The position numbers were made by a program, and so were the translations under genes. From an uncultured Dehalococcoidales bacterium (GTDB lineage: Bacteria; Chloroflexota; Dehalococcoidia; Dehalococcoidales; JAUXAP01): DNA of 38,627 bases. This document shows, piece by piece, positions 1 through 8,369 of this stretch. The notes beneath the pieces were generated by a model. It was not told the origin of the DNA, did no database searches, and saw nothing but the letters and a program-made list of their open reading frames with translations. Position 1 is the first letter of the stretch. Each line of letters begins with the position of its first letter. The stretch covers positions 1 through 38,627 of the forward strand of contig CAZRDI010000001.1 of NCBI GenBank assembly GCA_964598825.1. Reading direction: 5' to 3'.

Positions 1-1265
1 GTCTGAACCGCTTTGAACTTCTTCCCGTTAGGAATCCCGCCACCGATATCAAAAGTAACCTCTCGAAGCGTCATTCCCATGGGCACTTCAACCAGCCCGG
101 TATTGTTAACCTTGCCTACCAGAGAGAAAATCTTGGTTCCCTTGCTGCCTTCTGTGCCTATCTTTGTATACCAGTCAACGCCGTTGTTGATTATCAGGGG
201 GACGTTTGCCCAGGTTTCCACATTGTTGAGATTGGTGGGCTTGTCCCACAGACCCTTTTCGGCAGTGTGGACGTATTTTGCTCTGGGTTCGCCCACCTTG
301 CCTTCCAGAGAAGCCATTAACGCCGTTGACTCGCCGCAGACGAAGGCTCCACCGCCTCTATTTATCTTTACGGTGAAATCAAACTCGGAGCCCAGAATAT
401 TCTTGCCCAGCAGCCCGTATTCCTCTGCCTGTCTGATAGCTTCCTGGGCATGTTTAACCGCCAGGGGATATTCATCACGGACATAGATGTATCCCTGGTG
501 AGCACCGATGGCATAGGCTCCAATTACCATTCCCTCCAGGACAGAGTGAGGATTACCCTCCATCAGACTCCTGTCCATAAAGGCACCCGGGTCACCCTCA
601 TCACAGTTACATATCACGTATTTGGTGTCGCCCTCTACCTGACGGCAGGTTTCCCATTTTCTACCCGTTGGGAATCCCCCGCCGCCCCGCCCCCTCAAGC
701 CGGATTGTTTGACCTCTTCTATTATCTCTTCGGGGGACATTTTATGAAGGGCTTTACTCAGCGCGGCGTAGCCGCCTATAGCCAGATAGTCGTCAATGCT
801 GTCAGGGGCGATTCGGGCATTATTGGCTAACAGGAGCCTCTCCTGTCTGGCATAGAAGGGGACCTCATTCTCGTGGACAATCTTCTTGCCCGTTTCCGGG
901 TTCTCGTAGAGCAGCCTGTCAATTACATCACCTTTACCCGTCGCCTCGGAGACAATCTCAGCCACATCCGCCTCTTTCACCCGCTGATAAAGAATGCCTT
1001 CGGGGTGAATAACGACATGCGGTCCTCTTTCACAGAAGCCACGGCAGCCGGTTACCCTGAGGTCTACCTTTGAGTCCAGCCCCTGTTTCTGCATTTCTTG
1101 CTTGAAGGCGGAGATAACATTACCGCTTCCCAGGGCAACGCAGCCTGTGCCGCCACATATAACTATGCACGGTTTCTGAGGGTCACGGCTTCCGATTATT
1201 GACCCTCTTACTTTTTCCAGTTCCTCCGGGGAACTTAGCCTGTTCAATGTTTGTTCCTTTCTCAT
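1..1265 (-). CDS. NuoF/HydB-like NAD(H)- and FMN-binding Fe-S flavoprotein subunit; N-terminal part only, gene runs off the left edge
   Basis: Absent from the ORF track because it has no stop in the window. Hand translation of the minus strand from ATG 1265-1263 stays open to position 3. It reads [19 protein letters not shown]...[14 protein letters not shown]...[17 protein letters not shown] (thioredoxin-like 2Fe-2S N-domain). It continues [19 protein letters not shown]...[28 protein letters not shown]...[20 protein letters not shown] (NuoF/HydB FMN/NADH motifs). The + strand ORFs 13..1073 are antisense artefacts. Confidence 0.85.
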   Translation of the reverse strand, partial: MRKEQTLNRLSSPEELEKVRGSIIGSRDPQKPCIVICGGTGCVALGSGNVISAFKQEMQKQGLDSKVDLRVTGCRGFCERGPHVVIHPEGILYQRVKEADVAEIVSEATGKGDVIDRLLYENPETGKKIVHENEVPFYARQERLLLANNARIAPDSIDDYLAIGGYAALSKALHKMSPEEIIEEVKQSGLRGRGGGGFPTGRKWETCRQVEGDTKYVICNCDEGDPGAFMDRSLMEGNPHSVLEGMVIGAYAIGAHQGYIYVRDEYPLAVKHAQEAIRQAEEYGLLGKNILGSEFDFTVKINRGGGAFVCGESTALMASLEGKVGEPRAKYVHTAEKGLWDKPTNLNNVETWANVPLIINNGVDWYTKIGTEGSKGTKIFSLVGKVNNTGLVEVPMGMTLREVTFDIGGGIPNGKKFKAVQ

Positions 1266-1274
1266 AGTAGTCTA

Positions 1275-1745
1275 TCAGTCGTAATTCTCTAGTAAAGGTT
1301 TGACCTTATCAGTCTTCATCTCTCCGGAGTATTCCCCGTCAACGATTACTATGGGACCCAGTGCGCAAGCGCCGACACAGTTAACGGTTTCCAGAGTGAA
1401 CTTGAGGCCTTTGTCCGTCTCACCCGTACTAATCCCGAGTTCCCGTTCAATTGTTTCCAGAACTCTAGGCGCTCCCCTGACATGGCAGGCCGTGCCCAAG
1501 CAGACATTAATCAGGTGACGTCCCCTCGGTTTCAGGCTGAAAGATTTGAAGAAGGAAGCCACGCTGTATACCCGACTCAACGGCACATCTAAACCTTCAC
1601 TCACTTCCAATAGAGCTTCTCTGGGCAGATAGTTATATTCTGACTGGGTGTCCTGCAGAATGGATACCAATAAGCTCTTGTCGCGCTTATAGCCATCTAA
1701 TATTGACCCCATTTTCCCTTTCAATTGTTTAGCCCCGGTGGTCAT
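1275..1745 (-). CDS. NuoE/HydC-like thioredoxin-fold [2Fe-2S] ferredoxin subunit
   Basis: 156 aa. Shows the NuoE/HndA pattern LPREALLEVSEGLDVP...SVASFF..F...P.GRH.I.VCLGTACHVRG...VNCVGACALGP with four Cys ligands. Its ATG overlaps the porB stop (ATGA at 1742-1745). NuoF-like gene begins 9 nt downstream. Confidence 0.85.
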   Translation of the reverse strand: MTTGAKQLKGKMGSILDGYKRDKSLLVSILQDTQSEYNYLPREALLEVSEGLDVPLSRVYSVASFFKSFSLKPRGRHLINVCLGTACHVRGAPRVLETIERELGISTGETDKGLKFTLETVNCVGACALGPIVIVDGEYSGEMKTDKVKPLLENYD

Positions 1746-2662
1746 ACTGTTTTCTCCTTAAGCTCGTAGTATTCCTTAACCACCCTATCCTGAATCTGTT
1801 TTATCAGTTCCTCGGATAGATGTCTGAACCTTCCCTGCAGCTTCAGGTAGTCCTTGACAGGCCTGAGTTTGGCAGGCTCATAGTTCAGCTTGTATTTACC
1901 GTCTTCTACCTCGTACAGGGGGAATATTCCCGTCTCCACAGCCAGTCGGCCTAACCTGACAGCTAAATCAGTAGCGCACCTCCAGCCAGTGGGGCAGACA
2001 GATAGAATATGAATATAAGCCGGGCCTTGAACGGCCGCTCCCTTTTTCACCTTGTCCATTAAATCAAAGGGATAGCTGGGACAGGCGGTAGCCAGGTAGG
2101 GTATATCATGAGCAGCAACAATAGCGGGCAGGTTCTTCTTCCAGGTATACTGCCCAGTGCTTATCTTACCCGCCGGGGAAGTGGTAGTCGATGCACCGAA
2201 TGGAGTGGCTGAAGACCTCTGAATTCCGGTATTCATGTAAGCTTCGTTATCAAAACATAGGTAGAGGAGATTGTTGCGTCTCTCCAAGGCGCCGGATAGT
2301 GCCTGCAACCCGATGTCACTGGTACCACCATCGCCTGCGATGGCCACTATGCTGGTGCCTTTGTCAGCGTGCGTCCCTTTACGTATCATTGTTTTTAGTC
2401 CGGCATCTATACCTGACGCCACGGCAGCCGTATTTTCAAACAGGGTGTGAATCCAGGGGACGTTCCAGGAGGTGTAGGGAATCTGCGAAGCGACTATCTC
2501 CATACACCCCGTGGCGTTGGCGACTATTATATTCCGTCCCAGTGCTTTACCGGCCAGCCTCATGGCTAAAGCCTCACCGCAACCTATACAAGCCCGGTGC
2601 CCGGAGGCAAAACTCTCCTTTTTAGTTACTAATCTGGGAGCAAAGACAGTATAGTTTTTCAT
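1742..2662 (-). CDS. porB: 2-oxoacid (pyruvate-type):ferredoxin oxidoreductase beta subunit, TPP-binding
   Basis: 306 aa. Has N-terminal GHRACIGCGE and the GDGG..DIG...L TPP-binding motif typical of PorB/VorB. Last gene of the four-gene gamma-delta-alpha-beta string. Substrate (pyruvate vs other 2-oxoacid) cannot be fixed from sequence by eye. Confidence 0.8.
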   Translation of the reverse strand: MKNYTVFAPRLVTKKESFASGHRACIGCGEALAMRLAGKALGRNIIVANATGCMEIVASQIPYTSWNVPWIHTLFENTAAVASGIDAGLKTMIRKGTHADKGTSIVAIAGDGGTSDIGLQALSGALERRNNLLYLCFDNEAYMNTGIQRSSATPFGASTTTSPAGKISTGQYTWKKNLPAIVAAHDIPYLATACPSYPFDLMDKVKKGAAVQGPAYIHILSVCPTGWRCATDLAVRLGRLAVETGIFPLYEVEDGKYKLNYEPAKLRPVKDYLKLQGRFRHLSEELIKQIQDRVVKEYYELKEKTV

Positions 2663-3837
2663 TATTCTCTTACCCCGAATATCTCAAACTCATTCTCGCT
2701 GCCCTTCTGCGAGATTTCTATGCCTTTTGTAATTATCTCTTCAAATCCGGCCACGGTAATGTCTCTACCGCCCAGGCCGGCGACGAAGCTGACTATCTTC
2801 GGCTTTTTGGCTTCGTTATAGAAGGCCGACTTTATCTCGGAGCAGACCGGTCCCGCGGGACCACCGAAAGAAAGGGCTCTGTCTAATACAACAAGAACCT
2901 CAGCACCCTTGACCGCCTCGCGGATTTCATCAAAGGGGAAGGGGCGCCACAGGCGGAGTTTCACCAGTCCGACTTCTTTGCCGTCACCTCTCATCTTGTC
3001 TATGGTTGTCATTGCCGTCTCACTAAAGCTGCCCATGGTTAATAGAAGTGTCTTAGCCCCTTCACATTTATAGCATTCAACGGGGGAGTAATGTCGCCCG
3101 AAGATATCGCCAAAATCCTTCCAGCATTCAATAATTATTTCTTTGGCATTCCTCAGATTAACCTCCTGAGCCCACTTTGTCTCCATATAGATAATAGGCG
3201 GTGCGAAGTCTCCCATGGCTACCGGTTTCTCCGGATCCAGGGGGAGGGGGTACTGGTTAGGGGGTAGAAATTTATTGACCTTGCTCTGCTCCGGGAACAG
3301 TATCGGTTCAATCACGTGGGAGAGATGAAATCCGTCCAGATGGACCATAACCGGAAGCAAAACCCTGCAGTCCTCACCGATTCGGAAGGCACACAGCACA
3401 TTATCGGCAACTTCCTGGCCGTTTTCGGTGAATATTTGAATCCAACCGGTATCGCGAACCGCCATAGCGTCAGAGTGGTCGCCCCAGACGCTCAACGGTG
3501 CAGATAAAGCCCGGTTAGCCACTGTCATAATAATTGGCAACCGCATTGATGAGGCGACGTAAAGTACCTCATGCATTAGCTCCAGTCCCTGACCGGCCGT
3601 AGCCGTAAAGGTACGGGCACCCACTGCCGATGACCCCAGGCAAGCGCTCATGGCTGAATGTTCTGATTCAACCGGTATAAAATCGGCATCCAGCTCGCCG
3701 TCAGCCACCAGCTGAGCAAGATGTTCAACGATGTGCGTTTGTGGAGTAATGGGATAAGCGGCAACTACGTCAACATTAGCCATCTTACAGATTTCACCTA
3801 TGGCTAATGATACTTCTATTCCCGTTCTTTTCGCCAT
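2662..3837 (-). CDS. porA: 2-oxoacid:ferredoxin oxidoreductase alpha subunit
   Basis: 391 aa. N-terminal AYPITPQT..VE, SEHSAMSAC.G and GLELM motifs of PorA/VorA. Shares one base with both neighbouring genes (3837 and 2662). Confidence 0.85.
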   Translation of the reverse strand: MAKRTGIEVSLAIGEICKMANVDVVAAYPITPQTHIVEHLAQLVADGELDADFIPVESEHSAMSACLGSSAVGARTFTATAGQGLELMHEVLYVASSMRLPIIMTVANRALSAPLSVWGDHSDAMAVRDTGWIQIFTENGQEVADNVLCAFRIGEDCRVLLPVMVHLDGFHLSHVIEPILFPEQSKVNKFLPPNQYPLPLDPEKPVAMGDFAPPIIYMETKWAQEVNLRNAKEIIIECWKDFGDIFGRHYSPVECYKCEGAKTLLLTMGSFSETAMTTIDKMRGDGKEVGLVKLRLWRPFPFDEIREAVKGAEVLVVLDRALSFGGPAGPVCSEIKSAFYNEAKKPKIVSFVAGLGGRDITVAGFEEIITKGIEISQKGSENEFEIFGVRE

Positions 3838-4133
3838 TATTCCTCTTCCTCCTCAACCATGGTCATAACCCTTGTCGGGCACTCCTTGGCGCAAATGCCG
3901 CAACCCTTACAATAGAACAGGTTTGCTTCAAAGTACCCCTCAGCGTTCTGGACAATGCACCCCTCGGGGCAGAAGATCTGGCAGAGTCCACACTTTATGC
4001 ATCTCTTATGCTCATAGGTCGGTCTTTGAGAGCGCCAGTAACCCGTCTGGTATTGACTGGCGTTTCCCGGCTCAGTTACTATCGCGCCGATTTCTAAGTC
4101 CTGCCAGGTAAGTTCACCTTCACTCTTAGTCAA
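3837..4133 (-). CDS. porD: 2-oxoacid:ferredoxin oxidoreductase delta subunit, 2x[4Fe-4S] ferredoxin
   Basis: 98 aa with CIKCGLCQIFCP and CKGCGICAKECP cluster motifs. Sits between the gamma and alpha subunits. Confidence 0.85.
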   Translation of the reverse strand: MTKSEGELTWQDLEIGAIVTEPGNASQYQTGYWRSQRPTYEHKRCIKCGLCQIFCPEGCIVQNAEGYFEANLFYCKGCGICAKECPTRVMTMVEEEEE

Positions 4134-4139
4134 CTATCA

Positions 4140-4709
4140 TCACTCCTTTATCAGGGTTTCCTCAAATGCTTTCTTCATAGCATTAATGTTTCTTTCACCC
4201 AGGCGCGCAAAGCGGTGGTTTATAGGTTCGTCCATAGATTCTAGTTTAACCACGCCGGTAGTCCGTATCAGGGCACCAAGCATGGTGGTATTAACAATAG
4301 GAACCCCCAGTAACTCACGGGCGATTTTGGTAGCATCGACTGTAGCCACTTTCCAGCCCCCCCCATACTCGGATTCAATTGATTGGATTGATTTCTTGGT
4401 GTTAACTATCAGTACCCCGCTTTTCTTAAGCCCTGAGGTAACATTTACAATGCGCAGCAGATTGGGGTCAAGCACCACTACTACATCAGGTTCAGCAATT
4501 TCAGCTCTTACCCTGACAGGTTCCTTACTGCTTATTCTGTCAAAGGCGAGGACGGGTGCTCCTCTTCTTTCTGGACCAAAACTGGGGAAAGCCTGCGCAT
4601 ATTTACCCTCGCTTATAGCTGCCTGCGCGAGTAGCTCGGCGGAAGTAACCGCGCCTTGACCGCCACGACCATGCCATCTGATTTCAATAAGATTAATTAC
4701 ATCTATCAC
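4140..4709 (-). CDS. porG: 2-oxoacid:ferredoxin oxidoreductase gamma subunit
   Basis: Shows the PorG pattern IRWHGRGGQG..T....LA.AA. The track start ATG 4760 lies inside the tRNA-Arg gene (4732..4804). An in-frame GTG at 4709 is preceded by AGGAG (4720-4716) and gives a normal-length 189-aa protein, so I moved the start there. Confidence 0.8.
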   Translation of the reverse strand: MIDVINLIEIRWHGRGGQGAVTSAELLAQAAISEGKYAQAFPSFGPERRGAPVLAFDRISSKEPVRVRAEIAEPDVVVVLDPNLLRIVNVTSGLKKSGVLIVNTKKSIQSIESEYGGGWKVATVDATKIARELLGVPIVNTTMLGALIRTTGVVKLESMDEPINHRFARLGERNINAMKKAFEETLIKE

Positions 4710-4731
4710 TCTGGTCTCCTCTGGTTTGAAA

Positions 4732-4804
4732 CGCCCCTGGGGCGACTTGAACGCCCGCACCCAGCTCCGGAGGCTGGTGCTCTATCCGTCTGAGCTACAG
4801 GGGC
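4732..4804 (-). tRNA. tRNA-Arg (anticodon CCG)
   Basis: The minus strand reads GCCCCTG TA GCTC AGACGGATA GAGC A CCAGC CTCCGGA GCTGG GTGC GGGCG TTCAAGT CGCCC CAGGGGC G. This is a full cloverleaf, 73 nt, with anticodon loop CT-CCG-GA. CCA is not encoded. Confidence 0.9.
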
Positions 4805-4824
4805 AATTAGGTACAGTTCTAAAT

Positions 4825-4853
4825 ATGATACCTGATTATGAAGAAAAAGGCAA
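4825..4853 (-). promoter_or_regulatory. sigma70-like promoter candidate for tRNA-Arg (and possibly porGDAB)
   Basis: Minus strand TTGCCT (4853-4848), 17-nt spacer, TATCAT (4830-4825). It lies about 20 nt upstream of the tRNA 5' end. Hexamer match only. Confidence 0.35.
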
Positions 4854-4869
4854 CCCGTAGTAGCTGGAT

Positions 4870-6318
4870 TTAGCCGAAGATTAGCAGTGCTCCCGTCGCG
4901 ATTGCCATTGGTACCAGCGAGGCAAGTAAACCTATCTTGAGCCAGTAGCCAAGTGTTATTAAGTGACCTGTTTTCCTCTCCAGCACACCTAGAGCCACAA
5001 TATTAGCCGTGGAGCCTATCATTGTCATGTTGCCACCATAGCAGCCGCCAAAGAGAAGCGCCCACCACGGTGCTGCAGTGCCCAGCCCTGTGGAGAGAGC
5101 CTGGGCTACCGGGATAAGCCCCGCCACCACCACTACATTATCGGCTATCGCCGAAAAGAACCCGGAAATCCACAGCATTAGCACTACAGGAATTTGGGGA
5201 TTGGTATTAGCAGAGAGGTGGAGCATAGCATCGGCAATACGGTCAGTAATGCCGATGTATTGAAGGCAGCCGGCTTCAGCGAACAGAAACATGAAGAATA
5301 CCAGTGTCCACCAGTCAACGTCTCTCTGTATATATTCCCGGGCTTCACTTCGCCGCCACAGCATTATTACCCCTGCCCCGAGGATTGGCGTGGCAAAGAG
5401 CAGTGTATTGGGTTCAAGCCCAAGCCAGAGCTCCAGCCTGTGGTCAATAGCCAGGGAAATAATAACCAGAACGAATATGGTCACACCACCGATGAAAAGC
5501 TTCTTGTCCTTAATCTTTGCCCACTCGTCAAGGAAACGCACGCCGGCATCGGCTGCCTGGTCACGGGCTCCACCGGTGGCTAATTGCAACTTAAATATCT
5601 CTCTGAGCTCGGAGAAGTCCTTTATATGCCAGATTATGACCATGCCTATAAGACAAAGTAGTGATATCACCCCCACCGGCATCGCCGATACCAGGAAGTC
5701 TTCAAAGCTCAACCCTGACCTGAATGCAATCAGAATGCCTATCGGATTGCCCAGAACAGTCCATGAACTGCCGATATTGGTGGCTAGCACAACGGATATA
5801 ATATATTTTACCGGGTTTATGCCGAGATGGTCGCAGAGTTCAAGCACCAGCGCTGAGGTAAATAGTATTGAGGTTACTTCATCTACCAGGGCTGCCATCA
5901 CACCGCCCAGGACCAGTAGGCCCACCAGTACCCAGAGAGGCTCAAATCTGGTAAGCCTTAGTCCTTTAACCAGCAGCCAGCGGAAGAAGCCGGATTGTCT
6001 CAATACGCCGACAATCACCATCATTGCTACCAGGAATAGAATGACATCAAGCTCCATGAACTCAATGGCTGTCGGCAGGTCAATAGCTCTGGTGAACAGC
6101 AGCAGGACCAGACCCAGAAAGGCAATGCCTACCCTGAATTTCCAGAACATGAGGGTGCCGAGAACGGTGGCTAGAAAAGTGACGGCGGCTAGAGTTTGTC
6201 CTACATCTCTCAGCAGGTAGAAGAGCAGGACGCCAACGGCACAGATTATCCCCCCGTAGATAATGAAATCTCTTGCTGTTCCTAACCCTGCTGTTTTAGT
6301 TTTTTCGGACCCTGGCAT
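4870..6318 (-). CDS. ArsB/NhaD-superfamily (YbiR/citrate-transporter-like) ion permease, paralogue 1
   Basis: 482 aa and polytopic. Family-typical segments MAALVDEVTS, ATNIGSSWTVLGNPIG and GGNMTMIGSTANIV. Close paralogue of the next gene. Confidence 0.7.
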   Translation of the reverse strand: MPGSEKTKTAGLGTARDFIIYGGIICAVGVLLFYLLRDVGQTLAAVTFLATVLGTLMFWKFRVGIAFLGLVLLLFTRAIDLPTAIEFMELDVILFLVAMMVIVGVLRQSGFFRWLLVKGLRLTRFEPLWVLVGLLVLGGVMAALVDEVTSILFTSALVLELCDHLGINPVKYIISVVLATNIGSSWTVLGNPIGILIAFRSGLSFEDFLVSAMPVGVISLLCLIGMVIIWHIKDFSELREIFKLQLATGGARDQAADAGVRFLDEWAKIKDKKLFIGGVTIFVLVIISLAIDHRLELWLGLEPNTLLFATPILGAGVIMLWRRSEAREYIQRDVDWWTLVFFMFLFAEAGCLQYIGITDRIADAMLHLSANTNPQIPVVLMLWISGFFSAIADNVVVVAGLIPVAQALSTGLGTAAPWWALLFGGCYGGNMTMIGSTANIVALGVLERKTGHLITLGYWLKIGLLASLVPMAIATGALLIFG

Positions 6319-6384
6319 TTGTACCAGCTTTCTATACTAGAAGTATACTCCCCTAGTGAATAGGAAAACAACAGGCAGCGGAGT

Positions 6385-7800
6385 TTAGCCGAAAATCAGT
6401 AGTGCTCCTATTCCGATTGCCATCGGTACTAATGAGGCGAACAGACCAATCTTTAGCCAGTAACCCAGGGTCATGTAATGGCCTGTCTTTCTCTCCATTT
6501 CACCCAGGGCTAGAATATTAGCTGTGGAACCGACCATGGTCAGGTTGCCGCCATAACAGCTGCCAAAGAGAAGCGCCCACCAAAGCGTTTGGGTATTTAA
6601 TTGGACAGCCAGGGTTTGAACAGTGGGAATAAATAATGCCACTACAACCACATTATCAAGGCCTGCTGAGAGAAGCCCCGAAGTGCCTAGAATTGTCATC
6701 ATCACAATGGAGGTGCCGTAACCACTGGTCATATTGAGTATGGAACCGGCAATCCTGGTGGTGAGTCCGACATACTGGAGGCAGCCGGTTTTGGCAAATA
6801 AAAGCAGGTGGAATATCAGTGTTCTCCAATCGACATCCCTCTCCAGATATTCTAAGGCGTGGCGCCATTGCCAGAGCTTTATTATTCCCGCCCCGCACAG
6901 TGCGGTGACGACAAGTATCGTGTTAGTTTCAAATCCGAGCCAGAGCTCCAACCAGTAATCGAAGATGAGAAAAACCACGACTACCAGGAATAGAGCCACA
7001 CTACCAATAAAAAGCCTTTTATCCTTGAGCCTTGCCCATTCATCTAGAAAATCAGCCATACTCCCCTCTGATTTAAATTCGATATTCTTGTTCAGCAGAC
7101 GGAGGTCACTTCTTAACCAGAACAAGATTATCGGTATGAGGCAGAAGAGTGAGAACACTCCTACCGGTAAAGCCCATTGCGCGAAGTTCTCAAAAGTCAG
7201 GCCCGAACTGAGAGCAATTTGAATCCCTATTGGGTTCCCCTGGGCAATCCATGAGCTGCCAATGTTAGTGGCTAATATAATTGATATGATATATTTCACC
7301 GGGTTTATCCCAAAGTAGTCGCAGAGGTCAAGCACCAGCGCCGTGGTAAAAAGCATTGAGGTCATTTCATCTACGAGGGCTGCCATCACACTGGCCAACA
7401 GCAAGATGATAATTATAAGTAATTGAGCTTTAAATCTACAAAATTTTAGTCCCTTAGCCACAAACCATCGGAAGAACCCGGCGTGTCTCAACTGCCCCAT
7501 AATCACCATCATCCCCACCAAGAAGAGGATGACTTCTAAGTCCATGAAGCCGATAGCTTCAGAGAGAGTCACAGTTCTGGTGAGGAGTAGTAAAACCAAA
7601 CCCAGAAAGCCAATAGCTATCCTAAATCTCCAGAACATAAGAGTGCCGATAACAGTAGCCAGGAAAATGGTAGCCGCAATAGCCTGTCTCGTATCCTGTA
7701 ACAGATAGAAGAGCAGAGCGCCGGCACAGACGATTATAGCTAGATAAATAGTGAGTTCTTTCCGTGTTACCGTTGCCTCTTCTCTTGCCAACCTTACCAT
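6385..7800 (-). CDS. ArsB/NhaD-superfamily ion permease, paralogue 2
   Basis: 471 aa, collinear with 4870..6318 along its whole length. The same motifs are present: MAALVDEMTS, ATNIGSSWIAQGNPIG, GGNLTMVGSTANIL. The C-terminus LGYWLKIGLFASLVPMAIGIGALLIFG is almost identical. Confidence 0.7.
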   Translation of the reverse strand: MVRLAREEATVTRKELTIYLAIIVCAGALLFYLLQDTRQAIAATIFLATVIGTLMFWRFRIAIGFLGLVLLLLTRTVTLSEAIGFMDLEVILFLVGMMVIMGQLRHAGFFRWFVAKGLKFCRFKAQLLIIIILLLASVMAALVDEMTSMLFTTALVLDLCDYFGINPVKYIISIILATNIGSSWIAQGNPIGIQIALSSGLTFENFAQWALPVGVFSLFCLIPIILFWLRSDLRLLNKNIEFKSEGSMADFLDEWARLKDKRLFIGSVALFLVVVVFLIFDYWLELWLGFETNTILVVTALCGAGIIKLWQWRHALEYLERDVDWRTLIFHLLLFAKTGCLQYVGLTTRIAGSILNMTSGYGTSIVMMTILGTSGLLSAGLDNVVVVALFIPTVQTLAVQLNTQTLWWALLFGSCYGGNLTMVGSTANILALGEMERKTGHYMTLGYWLKIGLFASLVPMAIGIGALLIFG

Positions 7801-7913
7801 TTAATTCGGCTCCTTGCCCTTGTTGGTGTTCTCTCCTGCGCACTACCGCTAACAAGAACAATTAAGAATAGCATAGAATCTGCAATAGTGGCAGTAGCCA
7901 CGTTGGGGATAGA

Positions 7914-8369
7914 TTATGCGAGGCCTTTGGGGGAAAATAGATACTGCGTCGTTGTTTTTAGTGGTTTTCTCAGCAGGGCTAACTGTGGCTTGTATATTGT
8001 AATCCTGTTTTGCTTTACAGTGATGGGCATATCAAGAATTTTGGAGATGACTTTCTTTTCTACCTCTCCCTGGCATATTATTGCCATTTCATTCTGCCCC
8101 GGATGCACCTCTATAAGCATAGGTAGTAATAATATCTGTTGTTCATCAGTATCTGTCATGCTGGCCAGATACTCCAGCTCTTTCCTTTTGAAGAGGTGTG
8201 CAGTACCGTCATTGCAAACTACATTAGGATATTCCTCACCCAGCAACTCTGACAGGGACTTTTGCGCACAGGGTAAGTGAGCGTTTAATACCCTGAGTTC
8301 GTCTTTCAGGTATTCTTGAAGTATTCTCTGGTAAGACAATTCATTAGGCATCTGTCTATTTCTGTTCAA
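7914..8369 (-). CDS. DUF61/UPF0216-like protein (family otherwise known from archaea), function unknown
   Basis: 151 aa. LNAHLP...KSLSELLGEEYPNVVCNDGTAHLFKRKELEYLASM....LLLPMLIEV......AIICQGEVEKKVISKILDM ... LRKPLKTTTQYLFS matches my recollection of the UPF0216 signature (IN.HLP..RK.L.ELL.E..P.V..RDG..H.F.R.ELE.LA...LPI..E...; C-terminal LPTTTQY.F). The track start TTG 8369 overlaps atpD by 14 nt. An alternative ATG at 8351 lies 4 nt after the atpD stop. Confidence 0.55.
   Translation of the reverse strand: MNRNRQMPNELSYQRILQEYLKDELRVLNAHLPCAQKSLSELLGEEYPNVVCNDGTAHLFKRKELEYLASMTDTDEQQILLLPMLIEVHPGQNEMAIICQGEVEKKVISKILDMPITVKQNRITIYKPQLALLRKPLKTTTQYLFSPKGLA

Noticed and set aside
13-1073. Three + strand ORFs (157, 126, 66 aa) at the left edge
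   Set aside because: They lie antisense to a continuous, motif-rich NuoF/HydB-like reading frame (1265 down to the window edge). Their translations are low-complexity Pro/Ser/Thr-rich with no recognisable motifs.
5291-6220. 309-aa + strand ORF inside the first permease gene
   Set aside because: Antisense shadow ORF. It is Ser/Thr/Arg/Pro-rich with no motifs, while the minus-strand frame encodes a well-conserved polytopic permease with a paralogue next door.
7888-7901. GTGGC-AGTA-GCCAC hairpin after the DUF61 gene as an intrinsic terminator of the ATPase operon
   Set aside because: The stem is only 5 bp and no U-tract follows on the minus strand. It is too weak to call.
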